A DNA stretch of 55,114 bases from an uncultured Flavobacteriaceae bacterium (GCA_965365165.1 CBDUAP010000001.1:1-55114); one strand, 5' to 3'; shown: positions 1 to 9,609, counted from the first letter of the stretch. The notes: generated by a model from the sequence alone, not told the origin. A program made the numbers and translations.

Positions 1-67
1 AAACAAATATAAAAAAGAAAATGCTTAAATCACTTATTTAAAAACAAAAAACTCAAAAAATTACGAA

Positions 68-403
68 TTATTGTCTTGTGAGTTCAGTATTTGGATCCCA
101 AAATAAATTTTCGAATTCAACAATCTTGTTGTTTCTGACTACAATTTTTTCGTTTTCCAGCAGTTGCTGCATCAGGTTTGTCCCATTGAAATGGTGCTTA
201 CCTGTTAAAAGCCCTTTCCTGTTCACAACGCGATGCGCGGGAACGGAATGATTCAAGTGTGATGCATTTAGAGCCCACCCAACCATGCGGGCGGACCGGG
301 GTGTTCCCAGGAATCTTGCAATGGCGCCATAAGAGGTCACCCTGCCGAATGGAACTTGTTTGGTTACCTCGTATACTTTTAAGAAAAAGCCTTCGTTTTT
401 CAC
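68..403 (-). CDS. Alkyltransferase-like (ATL/MGMT-family) DNA-binding protein
   Basis: VPFGRVTSYGAIA...ARMVGWAL...VPAHRVV; the MGMT active-site PCHR is replaced by PAHR; GTG start. Confidence 0.85.
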   Translation of the reverse strand: MKNEGFFLKVYEVTKQVPFGRVTSYGAIARFLGTPRSARMVGWALNASHLNHSVPAHRVVNRKGLLTGKHHFNGTNLMQQLLENEKIVVRNNKIVEFENLFWDPNTELTRQ

Positions 404-447
404 AAGTTATTAATTAAATGAACAGATAGACTAAGATAAAGTAAATT

Positions 448-1119
448 TTAATATTTGGTTCTGAACCTTACATAGGTGATTGCCTTTTGCTGTTCTAAAT
501 ACTGTTGCTCATAAAAAGTCTGTATGGAGGTAGCCTCCATGGGCGGACTTGAACTTTTATAGATGTCGTGATGTGCGAATAAAACCTCATGAGAACCTTC
601 ATGAAGCAATCCAAGGAGGTAGCCGTGTAAAAACTCGCTGTCTGTTTTTAAATGAACGACTCCCTCAGGTTTGAGAATTGACTGGTATTTTTCCAAAAAG
701 GGTCTTGTAACAAGCCTGTGTTTGGTTCTTTTGTATTTGATCTGAGGATCGGGAAAAGTGATCCAGATCTCAGCGATTTCATCAGCAGCGAAACAAAGGT
801 CTATAAGCTCAATCTGGGTTCGAAGAAAGGCCACATTATTCAAATTATTTTCCAGGGCAGTTTTGGCACCACGCCAGAATCGGGCTCCTTTGATGTCAAT
901 ACCTATAAAATTTTTATCGGGATGATTATTGGCCAAAGCGACTGAATATTCACCTTTTCCACAACCGAGTTCCAAAACAATGGGATGGTCGTTTTTGAAA
1001 TGTGTATGCCACTTACCTTTGAGTGAAAACCCTTTTAAAACCTGCTCGCGACTGGGCTGAATGACATTATCGAAGGATTCGTTTTCTTTGAAACGCTTTA
1101 ATTTGTTTTTGCTACCCAA
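448..1119 (-). CDS. trmB: tRNA (guanine-N7)-methyltransferase
   Basis: LELGCGKGEY SAM motif, ITFPDPQ, HLKTDS, TFYE motifs; TTG start. Confidence 0.95.
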   Translation of the reverse strand: MGSKNKLKRFKENESFDNVIQPSREQVLKGFSLKGKWHTHFKNDHPIVLELGCGKGEYSVALANNHPDKNFIGIDIKGARFWRGAKTALENNLNNVAFLRTQIELIDLCFAADEIAEIWITFPDPQIKYKRTKHRLVTRPFLEKYQSILKPEGVVHLKTDSEFLHGYLLGLLHEGSHEVLFAHHDIYKSSSPPMEATSIQTFYEQQYLEQQKAITYVRFRTKY

Positions 1120-1143
1120 TGGTATTTGAGTTTAGAAGGCAGG

Positions 1144-1341
1144 TTATTCTGAATTTGTTTTTCTGAACTTTTGCAATTGTCCCAGCCAGTAAATAAATAA
1201 AAAACAAGTTATTGAAAAGAGAATGGCATTAAAAAAGTTAGAGGCCCACCAATTGTCAATTGATCCAATTGCTTTGTAGGGTGCGAACAAAACCTCTGTA
1301 AAGAATTCTGCCAGTGCTCTGAAAAAATTATTTGCAATCAT
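1144..1341 (-). CDS. Small membrane protein (DUF6341-like, Flavobacteriaceae)
   Basis: 65 aa, NWWASN followed by one hydrophobic helix; A-rich start context; TATATTTG box upstream at 1415-1422 (-). Confidence 0.7.
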   Translation of the reverse strand: MIANNFFRALAEFFTEVLFAPYKAIGSIDNWWASNFFNAILFSITCFLFIYWLGQLQKFRKTNSE

Positions 1342-1465
1342 ATTTTATTTTTTAAAATCAACTTAAACCTTTGGGCTTATGTTGTAAAGTTTTTACATTA
1401 GCTTAAACTTGCAGCAAATATAACTGAGATTCAACAATCTCGGGGCAAAAATAAAAAATATCATC

Positions 1466-2389
1466 ATGATTGCCAATTTTTTTAATCAAACCAGGCCAAT
1501 AAATTTTTTGGTTCTGTCGACAATGGTCTTTGTGATATTTGTGATTGCGCTAATCAATTTCAATGATGAACCGGTCAATTTTTTCTTTTTCATTAAGAAC
1601 GGCTCCTTCCTGGCCCTGGCAATTCTCATCGTTTTTGTTCTTAATTTCATCATTAGAAAAAACTCGATGAGTGAAGACAATTCTTATGCCATTTTCTTTT
1701 ATATACTTTTTTGTGGTTTTTTCCCCAATACCTTTTCCAACGGGAATATTTTTGTATCGAATTTTATTTTACTGTTTGCCTTCAGGAGAATTTATAGCCT
1801 GAGATCCGGACTCAGAACAAAAGAGAAATTATTTGACGGAGCATTCTGGATCGGTGTTGCAAGCTGGTTTTATATTTGGAGCCTGTTGTTCATGGTCTTG
1901 GTATATGTTGGAATATATATTTTTAGAAAGGCCGATTTGCGTAACGCGATCATTCCTTTAGTCGGTTTTGTCACTCCGGTATTTTTGTCGTTTACCTATT
2001 TACTTGCCTTTGACGATTTGGATAGTTTCTATAATATATGGACCATGGATTATGAATTGGGGCTTGCATTTTATAATTCGGTTTCATACCTCTTACCACT
2101 GACTTTAATAGGATTGATGCTGGTTGTTTCAATTTTTCCCACGACAAAGAAATCATTGCTCGCTAAAATTGATTTTAAATCGACCTGGTTTCTGTTGCTC
2201 GCCCACATTATTGTCGCATTGCTCGTAGTGCTTATCGCACCTTCCAAGACCGGTGCCGAAATCACGTTTCTATTTTTCCCGTTGAGCATTTTGTTCGCAA
2301 ACTTTCTGCAAATCATAAATAAATATTGGGTAAAGGAAGTCATTATTTACCTCTTTATTCTGGTATTTTTAGGCGGATTTTTTCAATGA
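1466..2389 (+). CDS. Multi-pass membrane protein (DUF6427-like)
   Basis: 307 aa, many hydrophobic segments, RRIYSLRS...KLFD..FWI motif; next to upp. Confidence 0.75.
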   Translation: MIANFFNQTRPINFLVLSTMVFVIFVIALINFNDEPVNFFFFIKNGSFLALAILIVFVLNFIIRKNSMSEDNSYAIFFYILFCGFFPNTFSNGNIFVSNFILLFAFRRIYSLRSGLRTKEKLFDGAFWIGVASWFYIWSLLFMVLVYVGIYIFRKADLRNAIIPLVGFVTPVFLSFTYLLAFDDLDSFYNIWTMDYELGLAFYNSVSYLLPLTLIGLMLVVSIFPTTKKSLLAKIDFKSTWFLLLAHIIVALLVVLIAPSKTGAEITFLFFPLSILFANFLQIINKYWVKEVIIYLFILVFLGGFFQ

Positions 2390-3039
2390 CTTAATTTCGT
2401 GCCATAAGAAAGGTCCCCGGCGTCACCAAGCCCCGGAACAATGTACCCCTGGGCATTTAATTCAGGGTCAACCGTAGCAACCCATAAATGTGTGTTATCA
2501 GGAAAATGCGCTGCAACATGGTCAACACCTTCTGAGGCTGCAATTACCGCAACAATATGAATTTCCCTGATCTTGCCCAGGTCTTTCAATATTTCGTATA
2601 CCGTGGTCAAAGAACTTCCGGTAGCAAGCATCGGATCCGCCAGAATCAAAATTTTGTTTTCAAGTGACGGGGAAGCCAGATATTCTGTCCTGATCTCAAA
2701 TGTTTCAGGTGAAGTATGGTGCCTGTAAGCTGAGATAAAAGCATTTTCAATTTTATCAAAATAATTCAATATTCCCTGATGCAAAGGCAAACCTGCCCTT
2801 AAGATCGAACACAAGACAAGTTCATCTGAAATCAAGGGGATTGTTTTTTCACCCAGGGGTGTTTTGGTGATGTGATCGGAAAAGTGGAGTTCCTTGCTCA
2901 GTTCATAACTCAATACTTCACCGATGCGTTCTATGTTTCTCCTGAAACGCATGGGGTCCTTCTGGATTTCAACATCCCTGATTTCTGATATAAATTGATT
3001 CAAAACCGAATTTGAAGCCTCTAAATTATGTATGATCAT
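2383..3039 (-). CDS. upp: Uracil phosphoribosyltransferase
   Basis: ILRAG, DPMLATG PRPP-binding loop, YIVPGLGDAGD. Confidence 0.97.
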   Translation of the reverse strand: MIIHNLEASNSVLNQFISEIRDVEIQKDPMRFRRNIERIGEVLSYELSKELHFSDHITKTPLGEKTIPLISDELVLCSILRAGLPLHQGILNYFDKIENAFISAYRHHTSPETFEIRTEYLASPSLENKILILADPMLATGSSLTTVYEILKDLGKIREIHIVAVIAASEGVDHVAAHFPDNTHLWVATVDPELNAQGYIVPGLGDAGDLSYGTKLSH

Positions 3040-3233
3040 GGTTGACAGAAAAAGAATTAAAAAAGTAATGATATTCCAGGCACACAGGAATTATAAACAA
3101 CCTTGAAAATGACCTACTCATATTATTGTTTTACCAGGCTTCATCTATGTTTCAGGCGATTGGTTTTCAGGCCATCTCAAGGATCCTTTTACAAAGATAA
3201 GAATCCTTAAGAATAATAGGTACCTGACATGAA

Positions 3234-4319
3234 TTATCCGTTGATAATATGTTCCTGATGAGCGATGGATTCTTCGTGAATGGCCTTAAATATTTTTTCA
3301 ATAAAACCCTTTGACAAGCCGTGTTCTTCACCTTTTTCAATAACCTTTGCCAATATTTCCTGCCATCTTGTGTTTTGAAGAACAGCTACGTTGCTGGCTT
3401 TTTTTGCTCTCCCGATATTATCAACGATCAGCATTCTTTCTGACAGTGTTTCAAGAAGCTGGTCATCTTTTGCGTTAATCTCCTGTCTTAAAGCATTTAA
3501 AGCAGAAACCGATTCTTTTTCTTCGAACCTTGGTTTTCTGACTTTAAGGCCGTCCATGATTTCTACAAGTCTTGCCGGGGTGATTTGTTGTTTGGCATCA
3601 CTCCATGCCTTATCAGGGTTACAATGCGTTTCGATAATAAGCCCGTCCATTTTGAGGTCAAGAGCCGTCTGGGAAACTTCAAATATTCCTTCCCGGTTGC
3701 CACAGATATGTGACGGGTCATTGATAATGGGCAGCGAAGGGTACTTGCTTTTCAGATCAATAGGAATTTGCCAGCTTGGGATATTGCGAAAGTTTGATTT
3801 TCTGAAAGTTGAAAAACCTCTGTGGATGGCACCAAGATTCTTCACTCCTTTTTTATGCAACCTTTCAATGGCTCCTATCCACAAAGCAAGATCGGGGTTT
3901 ATTGGGTTTTTTACAAGAACTATTTTATCGGTTCCCTGAATGGCATCCGCTATTTCCTGCACAGCAAAAGGGTTGACCGTCGTACGGGCACCAATCCATA
4001 AAATATCTATATCGAATTCAAGGGCCAGTTTGGCATGTTGTGCATTGGCCACCTCTATTGCAATGAGCAATCCTGTTTTTTCTTTGACCTTTTGGAGCCA
4101 TGGAAGTGCCTTAACCCCATTTCCTTCAAAGGTTCCGGGTCTGGTTCTTGGCTTCCATACACCTGCCCTGAATACTGTAGCATCCGTATTTTTAAGTTCT
4201 TCGGCAATCTCAAGTACCTGAGCCTCGCTTTCTGCACTGCAGGGTCCGGCAATTACCAGCGGATGAGATAATTTCATGTCATCCAACCAGGTTCTAAAAT
4301 TTTTGTTTTCCATTATCAT
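3234..4319 (-). CDS. Bifunctional DAHP synthase (type I beta-like)/chorismate mutase
   Basis: IAGPCSAE, KPRTRPGTFEG, IGART, DPSH; C-terminal AroQ-like domain (LRQEINAKDDQLL...ER); start 4319 (ATGA overlap) or 4313. Confidence 0.92.
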   Translation of the reverse strand: MIMENKNFRTWLDDMKLSHPLVIAGPCSAESEAQVLEIAEELKNTDATVFRAGVWKPRTRPGTFEGNGVKALPWLQKVKEKTGLLIAIEVANAQHAKLALEFDIDILWIGARTTVNPFAVQEIADAIQGTDKIVLVKNPINPDLALWIGAIERLHKKGVKNLGAIHRGFSTFRKSNFRNIPSWQIPIDLKSKYPSLPIINDPSHICGNREGIFEVSQTALDLKMDGLIIETHCNPDKAWSDAKQQITPARLVEIMDGLKVRKPRFEEKESVSALNALRQEINAKDDQLLETLSERMLIVDNIGRAKKASNVAVLQNTRWQEILAKVIEKGEEHGLSKGFIEKIFKAIHEESIAHQEHIING

Positions 4320-5173
4320 TGATTTTTAATTCCAGCCAAAACATCTTTAATTCTATTCGTGTTTCGCATGATGTTCAGCACATCATCGGCAGATTTTCGG
4401 GTTAATATTTCTTTAAATTCATTTAAATTTTTAATGTACTCGTCAAGAGACTTCAGCAAATTTTCACTGTTTTGCATCAATATGGGCGTCCAGGTTTCCG
4501 GATTGCTTTTGGCAAGTCTTACAGTTGAGGCAAACCCACTTCCAGCCATATTGAAAATGTTTTTTTCATCTTGTTCGATTTCGAGAACTGTTTTACCGAG
4601 CATAAAGGAGCTGATATGGGATAAGTGCGATACATAGGCGATGTGCTTGTCATGCTGTACAGCAGAATCCATGAATACGTTTTTCATTTTCAGGTCTTCA
4701 AATATTTTAATCGCACGATCAATCATGGAGTTTCCACTCAGTTCTCTTTCACAAATAATATTTACTTTTTCAGTGAACAAGTTGTAAATAGCCGCATCAG
4801 GGCCTGAATACTCAGTTCCTGATATGGGGTGAAGTGCTACAAAATTCTTTCTTTTCGGATGGTTCCTGACGGCGTCGCATACCGCAGCCTTTGTTGAGCC
4901 AACGTCAAAAACAAGGGTGTCTTCACCAATAAGGTCCAACACCCTGAGCGATATTTCAGGAATGACATCAACAGGAACGGCAATGATGACCACATCTGCT
5001 TCCGAGACAATCTCAATAGTGGCCTTTTCATATATGATGCCAAGCTCCAAGGCCCTATGAAGGTGATTTTCATTTTTATCGATTCCATAAATCGTTGCCC
5101 AGGAAGATTTTTTCAATTCCAGGGCAAGTGATCCGCCAATCAGACCCAATCCGATTACAGCTATTTTATTCAT
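4316..5173 (-). CDS. tyrA: Prephenate dehydrogenase
   Basis: GLGLIGGS, DVGSTK, HPISGTE, HD...AYVSHLSH, RLAKS. Confidence 0.93.
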   Translation of the reverse strand: MNKIAVIGLGLIGGSLALELKKSSWATIYGIDKNENHLHRALELGIIYEKATIEIVSEADVVIIAVPVDVIPEISLRVLDLIGEDTLVFDVGSTKAAVCDAVRNHPKRKNFVALHPISGTEYSGPDAAIYNLFTEKVNIICERELSGNSMIDRAIKIFEDLKMKNVFMDSAVQHDKHIAYVSHLSHISSFMLGKTVLEIEQDEKNIFNMAGSGFASTVRLAKSNPETWTPILMQNSENLLKSLDEYIKNLNEFKEILTRKSADDVLNIMRNTNRIKDVLAGIKNQ

Positions 5174-6318
5174 GATGTACTATATTTAGACAATCGATTC
5201 GACACTTGTAATATTTTTTCCACATCCACACAAAGTGAAAAACGGATATAACCTTCGCCCTGATCTCCGAAAACAGTACCAGGAGTGATAAAGACATCGT
5301 ATTCGTAAAGGATCTCATCTGTCATTTCACTTGCTGTTTTCCCTGCAGGAATTTTTGCCCATACAAAGAGGCCCGTGCTGTTCTTGTCATAAGTACAATT
5401 GATTTTATCACAGATCTCCCAAACCGCTTTTCTTCTTTTTTCATAGACCTTATTCATTTGAGTAAACCAATCCCCTGATAAATTAAGGGCTTTGACCGCA
5501 CCTTGCTGTATACCATAGAACATGCCTGAATCCATATTGCTTTTTACTTTGAGAACAGACTCGATCAAAGTTGATTTACCAACAACCATTCCAACCCTCC
5601 AGCCTGCCATGTTAAATGTCTTACTCAGTGAATTCAATTCAATAGCGACGTTTTTGGCTCCGGGCACAGCCAGGATACTTTTGGGCTCATTGTTTAATAT
5701 AAAACTGTAAGGGTTGTCATTGACAATCAAAATTTGATGTTTTTTACCAAAGGCAATCAATTCCTCGAACAAGGAGTTACTGGCATTGCTGCCAGTTGGC
5801 ATGTGCGGATAATTTACCCACATGATCTTGACCTTGCTCAAATCCTTTTTTTCAATTTCTTTTAAATCGGGCCACCAGTTTTTATCCTCTGCCAAAGGAT
5901 AGGAAACAGGTTCTGCTTCAACCAACTTGGTCACCGCCGCGTAAGTGGGGTAGCCCGGGTCAGGAATTAAAGCTTGGTCTCCCTGGTTCAAAAAGGCCAT
6001 GGAAATATGTAAAATCCCCTCTTTTGAACCCATGAGCGGTAAGATTTCATTCCTGTAATCAAGGCTTACCTCATAATATTTATGGTAAAATTCTGCAATT
6101 GACTTTCTTAATTCAGGAATGCCCTGGTAACTTTGATACCCATGTACGTCTGCACTTTTTAAGGCGGTAACAACCTCCTCGGGCGGATCCAGGTCAGGAC
6201 TTCCAATACCTAAATTGATAATGGGTTTACCTTGATCCATCAGATGCCTGACTTCTCTTAATTTAATTGAGAAATAGTATTCTTTGACGTTATTTAATCT
6301 ATTGGCAGTCGGTAACAT
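5170..6318 (-). CDS. PLP-dependent class I/II aminotransferase (aromatic amino acid operon)
   Basis: LGIGSPD, NYPHMPTG, DNPYS, SLSKTFNMAGWRVG; ATG at 6318 follows the pheA stop after 1 nt. Confidence 0.9.
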   Translation of the reverse strand: MLPTANRLNNVKEYYFSIKLREVRHLMDQGKPIINLGIGSPDLDPPEEVVTALKSADVHGYQSYQGIPELRKSIAEFYHKYYEVSLDYRNEILPLMGSKEGILHISMAFLNQGDQALIPDPGYPTYAAVTKLVEAEPVSYPLAEDKNWWPDLKEIEKKDLSKVKIMWVNYPHMPTGSNASNSLFEELIAFGKKHQILIVNDNPYSFILNNEPKSILAVPGAKNVAIELNSLSKTFNMAGWRVGMVVGKSTLIESVLKVKSNMDSGMFYGIQQGAVKALNLSGDWFTQMNKVYEKRRKAVWEICDKINCTYDKNSTGLFVWAKIPAGKTASEMTDEILYEYDVFITPGTVFGDQGEGYIRFSLCVDVEKILQVSNRLSKYSTS

Positions 6319-6319
6319 G

Positions 6320-7156
6320 TTAATATTTATTTTGATGGTATTCACCCAGCACCTTTAAATGGGTCACTTTTTTTGAAATCAGGTGCATCGCGTTCTTGTA
6401 CAATAGAAAATCATCAATGACCAGGTCGATGAAAAAAGCATAGCTCCATGGTTTGTCAATAATTGGAAGTGACTGGATTTTGGTTAAATTGATGTCGTGT
6501 TTTCCAAAGATATCCAATATCTCGGCTAGACTTCCGGCATCGTGTTTTGTAATGAATTTGATGGAGGCCTTGTCTTTCACCCATTCCAGTTTACTCGGGT
6601 GATAAGGGCTGTCATGACCTTTTTTCAAAACAAAAAACCTTGTTGAATTATTTTTGATGGTCTGAATGTCATCGGCAATTACATCGAGCTCATAATATGC
6701 TGCCGCCATTTTACTGGCTATGGCAGCAACTCCTGATATTTCGTTTTTTTGAATTCTACGAGCCACTTCTGCCGTGTCTTTTTCTTCGATCAATTTGATT
6801 TCAGGCTTGTTCCTGAAGAATTTTCTGCACTGTAAAAGTGCCATAGGATGAGACCAGACCTCTTTTATGTCTTCCAGAGATTGACCCTTTAAAGCCATTA
6901 AGTGGTGATGGATCTGTACATAAACTTCCCCTTCAATGTTTAGATCAAATTCATCGATCAGGGCATAATTGGGCAAAATGGCTCCTGCTATAGAATTTTC
7001 AATAGCCATAACCGCACTATCTGCTTCACCAGAGTTGAGCAGGGCGGGAATATCTGTAAAAGACATACATTCCAGCAATTGGATATCATCACCGAAATAT
7101 TGTTTGGCGACAATGTCATGGAAAGACCCTTTAATTCCCTGAATGGCTATTTTCAT
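6320..7156 (-). CDS. pheA: Prephenate dehydratase
   Basis: MKIAIQGIKGSFH, IENSIAG, SHPMALLQC, NSTRF, ACT domain INLTKIQSLP. Confidence 0.94.
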   Translation of the reverse strand: MKIAIQGIKGSFHDIVAKQYFGDDIQLLECMSFTDIPALLNSGEADSAVMAIENSIAGAILPNYALIDEFDLNIEGEVYVQIHHHLMALKGQSLEDIKEVWSHPMALLQCRKFFRNKPEIKLIEEKDTAEVARRIQKNEISGVAAIASKMAAAYYELDVIADDIQTIKNNSTRFFVLKKGHDSPYHPSKLEWVKDKASIKFITKHDAGSLAEILDIFGKHDINLTKIQSLPIIDKPWSYAFFIDLVIDDFLLYKNAMHLISKKVTHLKVLGEYHQNKY

Positions 7157-7180
7157 CCTTTTGCAATTCAAATTTGTTGT

Positions 7181-7207
7181 AAAAAAAAAGCCTCGTTATA
7201 CGAGACT
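7181..7207 (-). terminator. Attenuator terminator hairpin upstream of pheA
   Basis: Minus strand AGTCTCGT-ATA-ACGAGGCT followed by a T run. Confidence 0.85.
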
Positions 7208-7231
7208 CACTATGTTGTTATCAAATTTAAC

Positions 7232-7312
7232 CTATACATAAACAGCCCCTGCTTTTATTTTGTAAAAAAAATAAAAGTAAAACCAGTTCACTATTTGTAC
7301 AGAATTTGTCAT
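7232..7312 (-). CDS. Aromatic amino acid leader peptide MTNSVQIVNWFYFYFFYKIKAGAVYV
   Basis: Hand-translated 26-aa ORF with 8 consecutive aromatic codons, between a promoter box and a terminator ahead of pheA. Confidence 0.85.
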   Translation of the reverse strand: MTNSVQIVNWFYFYFFYKIKAGAVYV

Positions 7313-7331
7313 TAAAATCAAAATTAGTCAG

Positions 7332-7339
7332 CAAAAGTA
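7332..7339 (-). promoter_or_regulatory. Bacteroidota -7 promoter box for the pheA operon leader
   Basis: TACTTTTG matches TAnnTTTG, about 20 nt before the leader ATG. Confidence 0.7.
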
Positions 7340-7511
7340 TAAATTAATTTTTCAATTACAAGTGTTTTTTAGAAAAGTTTGATGATAATTCAATTAATTT
7401 TCAATAATACGGTGATGCCTGAAGATTTAAAGGGTTTATATGTTCTTTTAGTAATCAAAGGATTGTATACCAAAATTTTGTTTATTTGTACCGTAAATCA
7501 GTAAGGTATTT

Positions 7512-8405
7512 ATGTCTATCAAAGTTGACACCGTTGTTAAAGAGTATGGTCATCAAAAAGCCCTTGACCAGGTAAGCTTTAAGATTGATACAGGAGAGAT
7601 TGTAGGGTTTCTGGGTCCGAACGGAGCCGGTAAATCCACTTTGATGAAAATTATCACCACTTACATTGAGCCTACAAGCGGAACAGTTAATGTCAATGGG
7701 TTTGACATTATTGAAAGCCCGATCCGTGTTAAAAGATCCATAGGGTATTTACCTGAACACAACCCCTTGTATCTGGATTTTTACGTTAAGGAATATCTCA
7801 AATTTCACGCCGATATACATAAAATAGGAAATGAAAGGATTAAGAAAGTAATCGACCTTGTTGGCCTGATAGATATAAAAGGAAAGAAAATCAGTCAGTT
7901 ATCCAAGGGCTACAGGCAACGAGTTGGCCTGGCCGCGGCGCTTTTGCATGATCCGGAGGTATTGATCCTTGACGAGCCTACAACTGGCCTAGACCCTAAC
8001 CAATTGAAAGAGATCAGAGACTTGATTAAAGCAATAGGAAAGACCAGGACAATTCTGTTATCAACCCATATCATGCAGGAGGTTGAAGCCATGTGTGACA
8101 GGGTGATCATCATTAACAAGGGTAATATTGTGGCAGATGAGAGGCTGGGGGATTTACTTACAGATAAGGGCCAGGTCATACAGGTAGAATTCGACGTAAA
8201 ATTTGACGAGCATTTATTGAAGCAGCTGCCATTTCTAAAAGCTGCAGATAATGATGATGAGAATCATTGGGACCTCGTTTTTGAAACCGAAAAAGATATG
8301 CGTGCAGAGGTTTTTGATTTTGCCCGTGACAATGGAATTAGAATTTTGAACTTAAATCGAAAAATTATGAGTCTGGAATCGCTGTTCCAGAACTTAACAA
8401 ATTAA
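7512..8405 (+). CDS. gldA: Gliding motility ABC transporter ATP-binding subunit
   Basis: GPNGAGKST, GYLPEHNPLY, LSKGYRQRVG, DEPTTGLDPNQ, STHIMQEVEA. Confidence 0.88.
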   Translation: MSIKVDTVVKEYGHQKALDQVSFKIDTGEIVGFLGPNGAGKSTLMKIITTYIEPTSGTVNVNGFDIIESPIRVKRSIGYLPEHNPLYLDFYVKEYLKFHADIHKIGNERIKKVIDLVGLIDIKGKKISQLSKGYRQRVGLAAALLHDPEVLILDEPTTGLDPNQLKEIRDLIKAIGKTRTILLSTHIMQEVEAMCDRVIIINKGNIVADERLGDLLTDKGQVIQVEFDVKFDEHLLKQLPFLKAADNDDENHWDLVFETEKDMRAEVFDFARDNGIRILNLNRKIMSLESLFQNLTN

Positions 8406-8415
8406 ATTATTTGAC

Positions 8416-9609
8416 ATGCGCAGATTAGTTATTCTTGTTTTGGTTGGTGTTTTATGGGCTTCAAATACCTTTTCTCAGGAAGTAGAAAAAGATGACACAA
8501 CAGATTTTTATTTAAAAAAAGGAAAGGGTTTTGAATTCCACTTCGATCAGGACAGGTATATGTTCTACATAGATTTCAGGGGTCAGTTCAGAGCATCTTA
8601 TCCGCACAACAACTTTCCTACACAAGAGGATGATTTTAGTGATGATGACATCAATATGGGCATCAGTCGTGCGAGGATCAAATTCGGGGGGTATGTAGGA
8701 CAACCCGAGTATAATTTTTATCTTGAACAGGACATCAGGGGTGGAAATTTACTAGATTTCAGGGCTCAGATCGAAAAACTTCCCTATTTGAAATTTCGAG
8801 TGGGTCAGTGGAAGGCCAGATATTCACGTGAAAGGGTCATCTCATCAGGAAAACAAACCGGCCTGGAACGATCTCTGATCAACAGGGTTTTTACAATCGA
8901 CAGGCAACAAGGGGTTTCTCTCTATGGAAATATTGATGGAGGTGGTGCCGCTAATTTCAATTATTGGGCAGAAATGCTGACCGGAAGCGGTCGTGGAGGA
9001 TCAGTAGGTGATGATGACAACTTAATGTACATGCTAAGGCTGCAATGGAACCCGAATGGCAAAGAGCTGGGCTTTTCCGGATCCGATTTGAAATTTCATG
9101 AAAAGTTTGTATCATCCATTGCGGTGGCTGGAGTAACCAATACGTCTCGCTATACAAGGTTCTCAACAAGTGGAGGGGGACAGCTCTATGGATATGAAAG
9201 TGGCGTCGACGGACAGTACAAGATAGATCAGTTTTTGTTTGAAACAGCCTTTAAATACCGAGGGCTCAGTTTTGATCAGGAATTGCATTTCAAGAATATT
9301 GATGACAGGGTGAATCTTGAAGAAACCATGCTAATAGGGAACTATTTTCAAGTTGGGTATTTCTTTCATTATCTTTTTGACAAGTTTCCAAAACCACTTG
9401 AGGTTTTTGCGCGTCAGGCATTTTTTGACCCGGATAATGATATTTCAGGGAATAACAATTATGAGTATACCTTCGGGTTAAACTGGTTTTTCAAGGGACA
9501 CAAGAATAAATTAACCATTGATTATTCCTTTCTCGATTACAACCAGTTCAAGATTGAAGACAATACAGACCACATGGTCAGGATTCAATGGGATGTTTCC
9601 ATATTTTAA
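8416..9609 (+). CDS. Outer membrane porin (OprO/OprP-like)
   Basis: Signal peptide, RARIKFGG, RVGQWK...SRERVISSG, beta-strand pattern, C-terminal Phe. Confidence 0.75.
   Translation: MRRLVILVLVGVLWASNTFSQEVEKDDTTDFYLKKGKGFEFHFDQDRYMFYIDFRGQFRASYPHNNFPTQEDDFSDDDINMGISRARIKFGGYVGQPEYNFYLEQDIRGGNLLDFRAQIEKLPYLKFRVGQWKARYSRERVISSGKQTGLERSLINRVFTIDRQQGVSLYGNIDGGGAANFNYWAEMLTGSGRGGSVGDDDNLMYMLRLQWNPNGKELGFSGSDLKFHEKFVSSIAVAGVTNTSRYTRFSTSGGGQLYGYESGVDGQYKIDQFLFETAFKYRGLSFDQELHFKNIDDRVNLEETMLIGNYFQVGYFFHYLFDKFPKPLEVFARQAFFDPDNDISGNNNYEYTFGLNWFFKGHKNKLTIDYSFLDYNQFKIEDNTDHMVRIQWDVSIF

Noticed and set aside
3391-3939. 182-aa plus-strand ORF
   Set aside because: Antisense shadow of the DAHP synthase gene; Ser/Ile-rich with no recognisable motifs.
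7079-7315. 78-aa plus-strand ORF over the pheA leader
   Set aside because: Better explained as the antisense of the attenuator and the pheA start.
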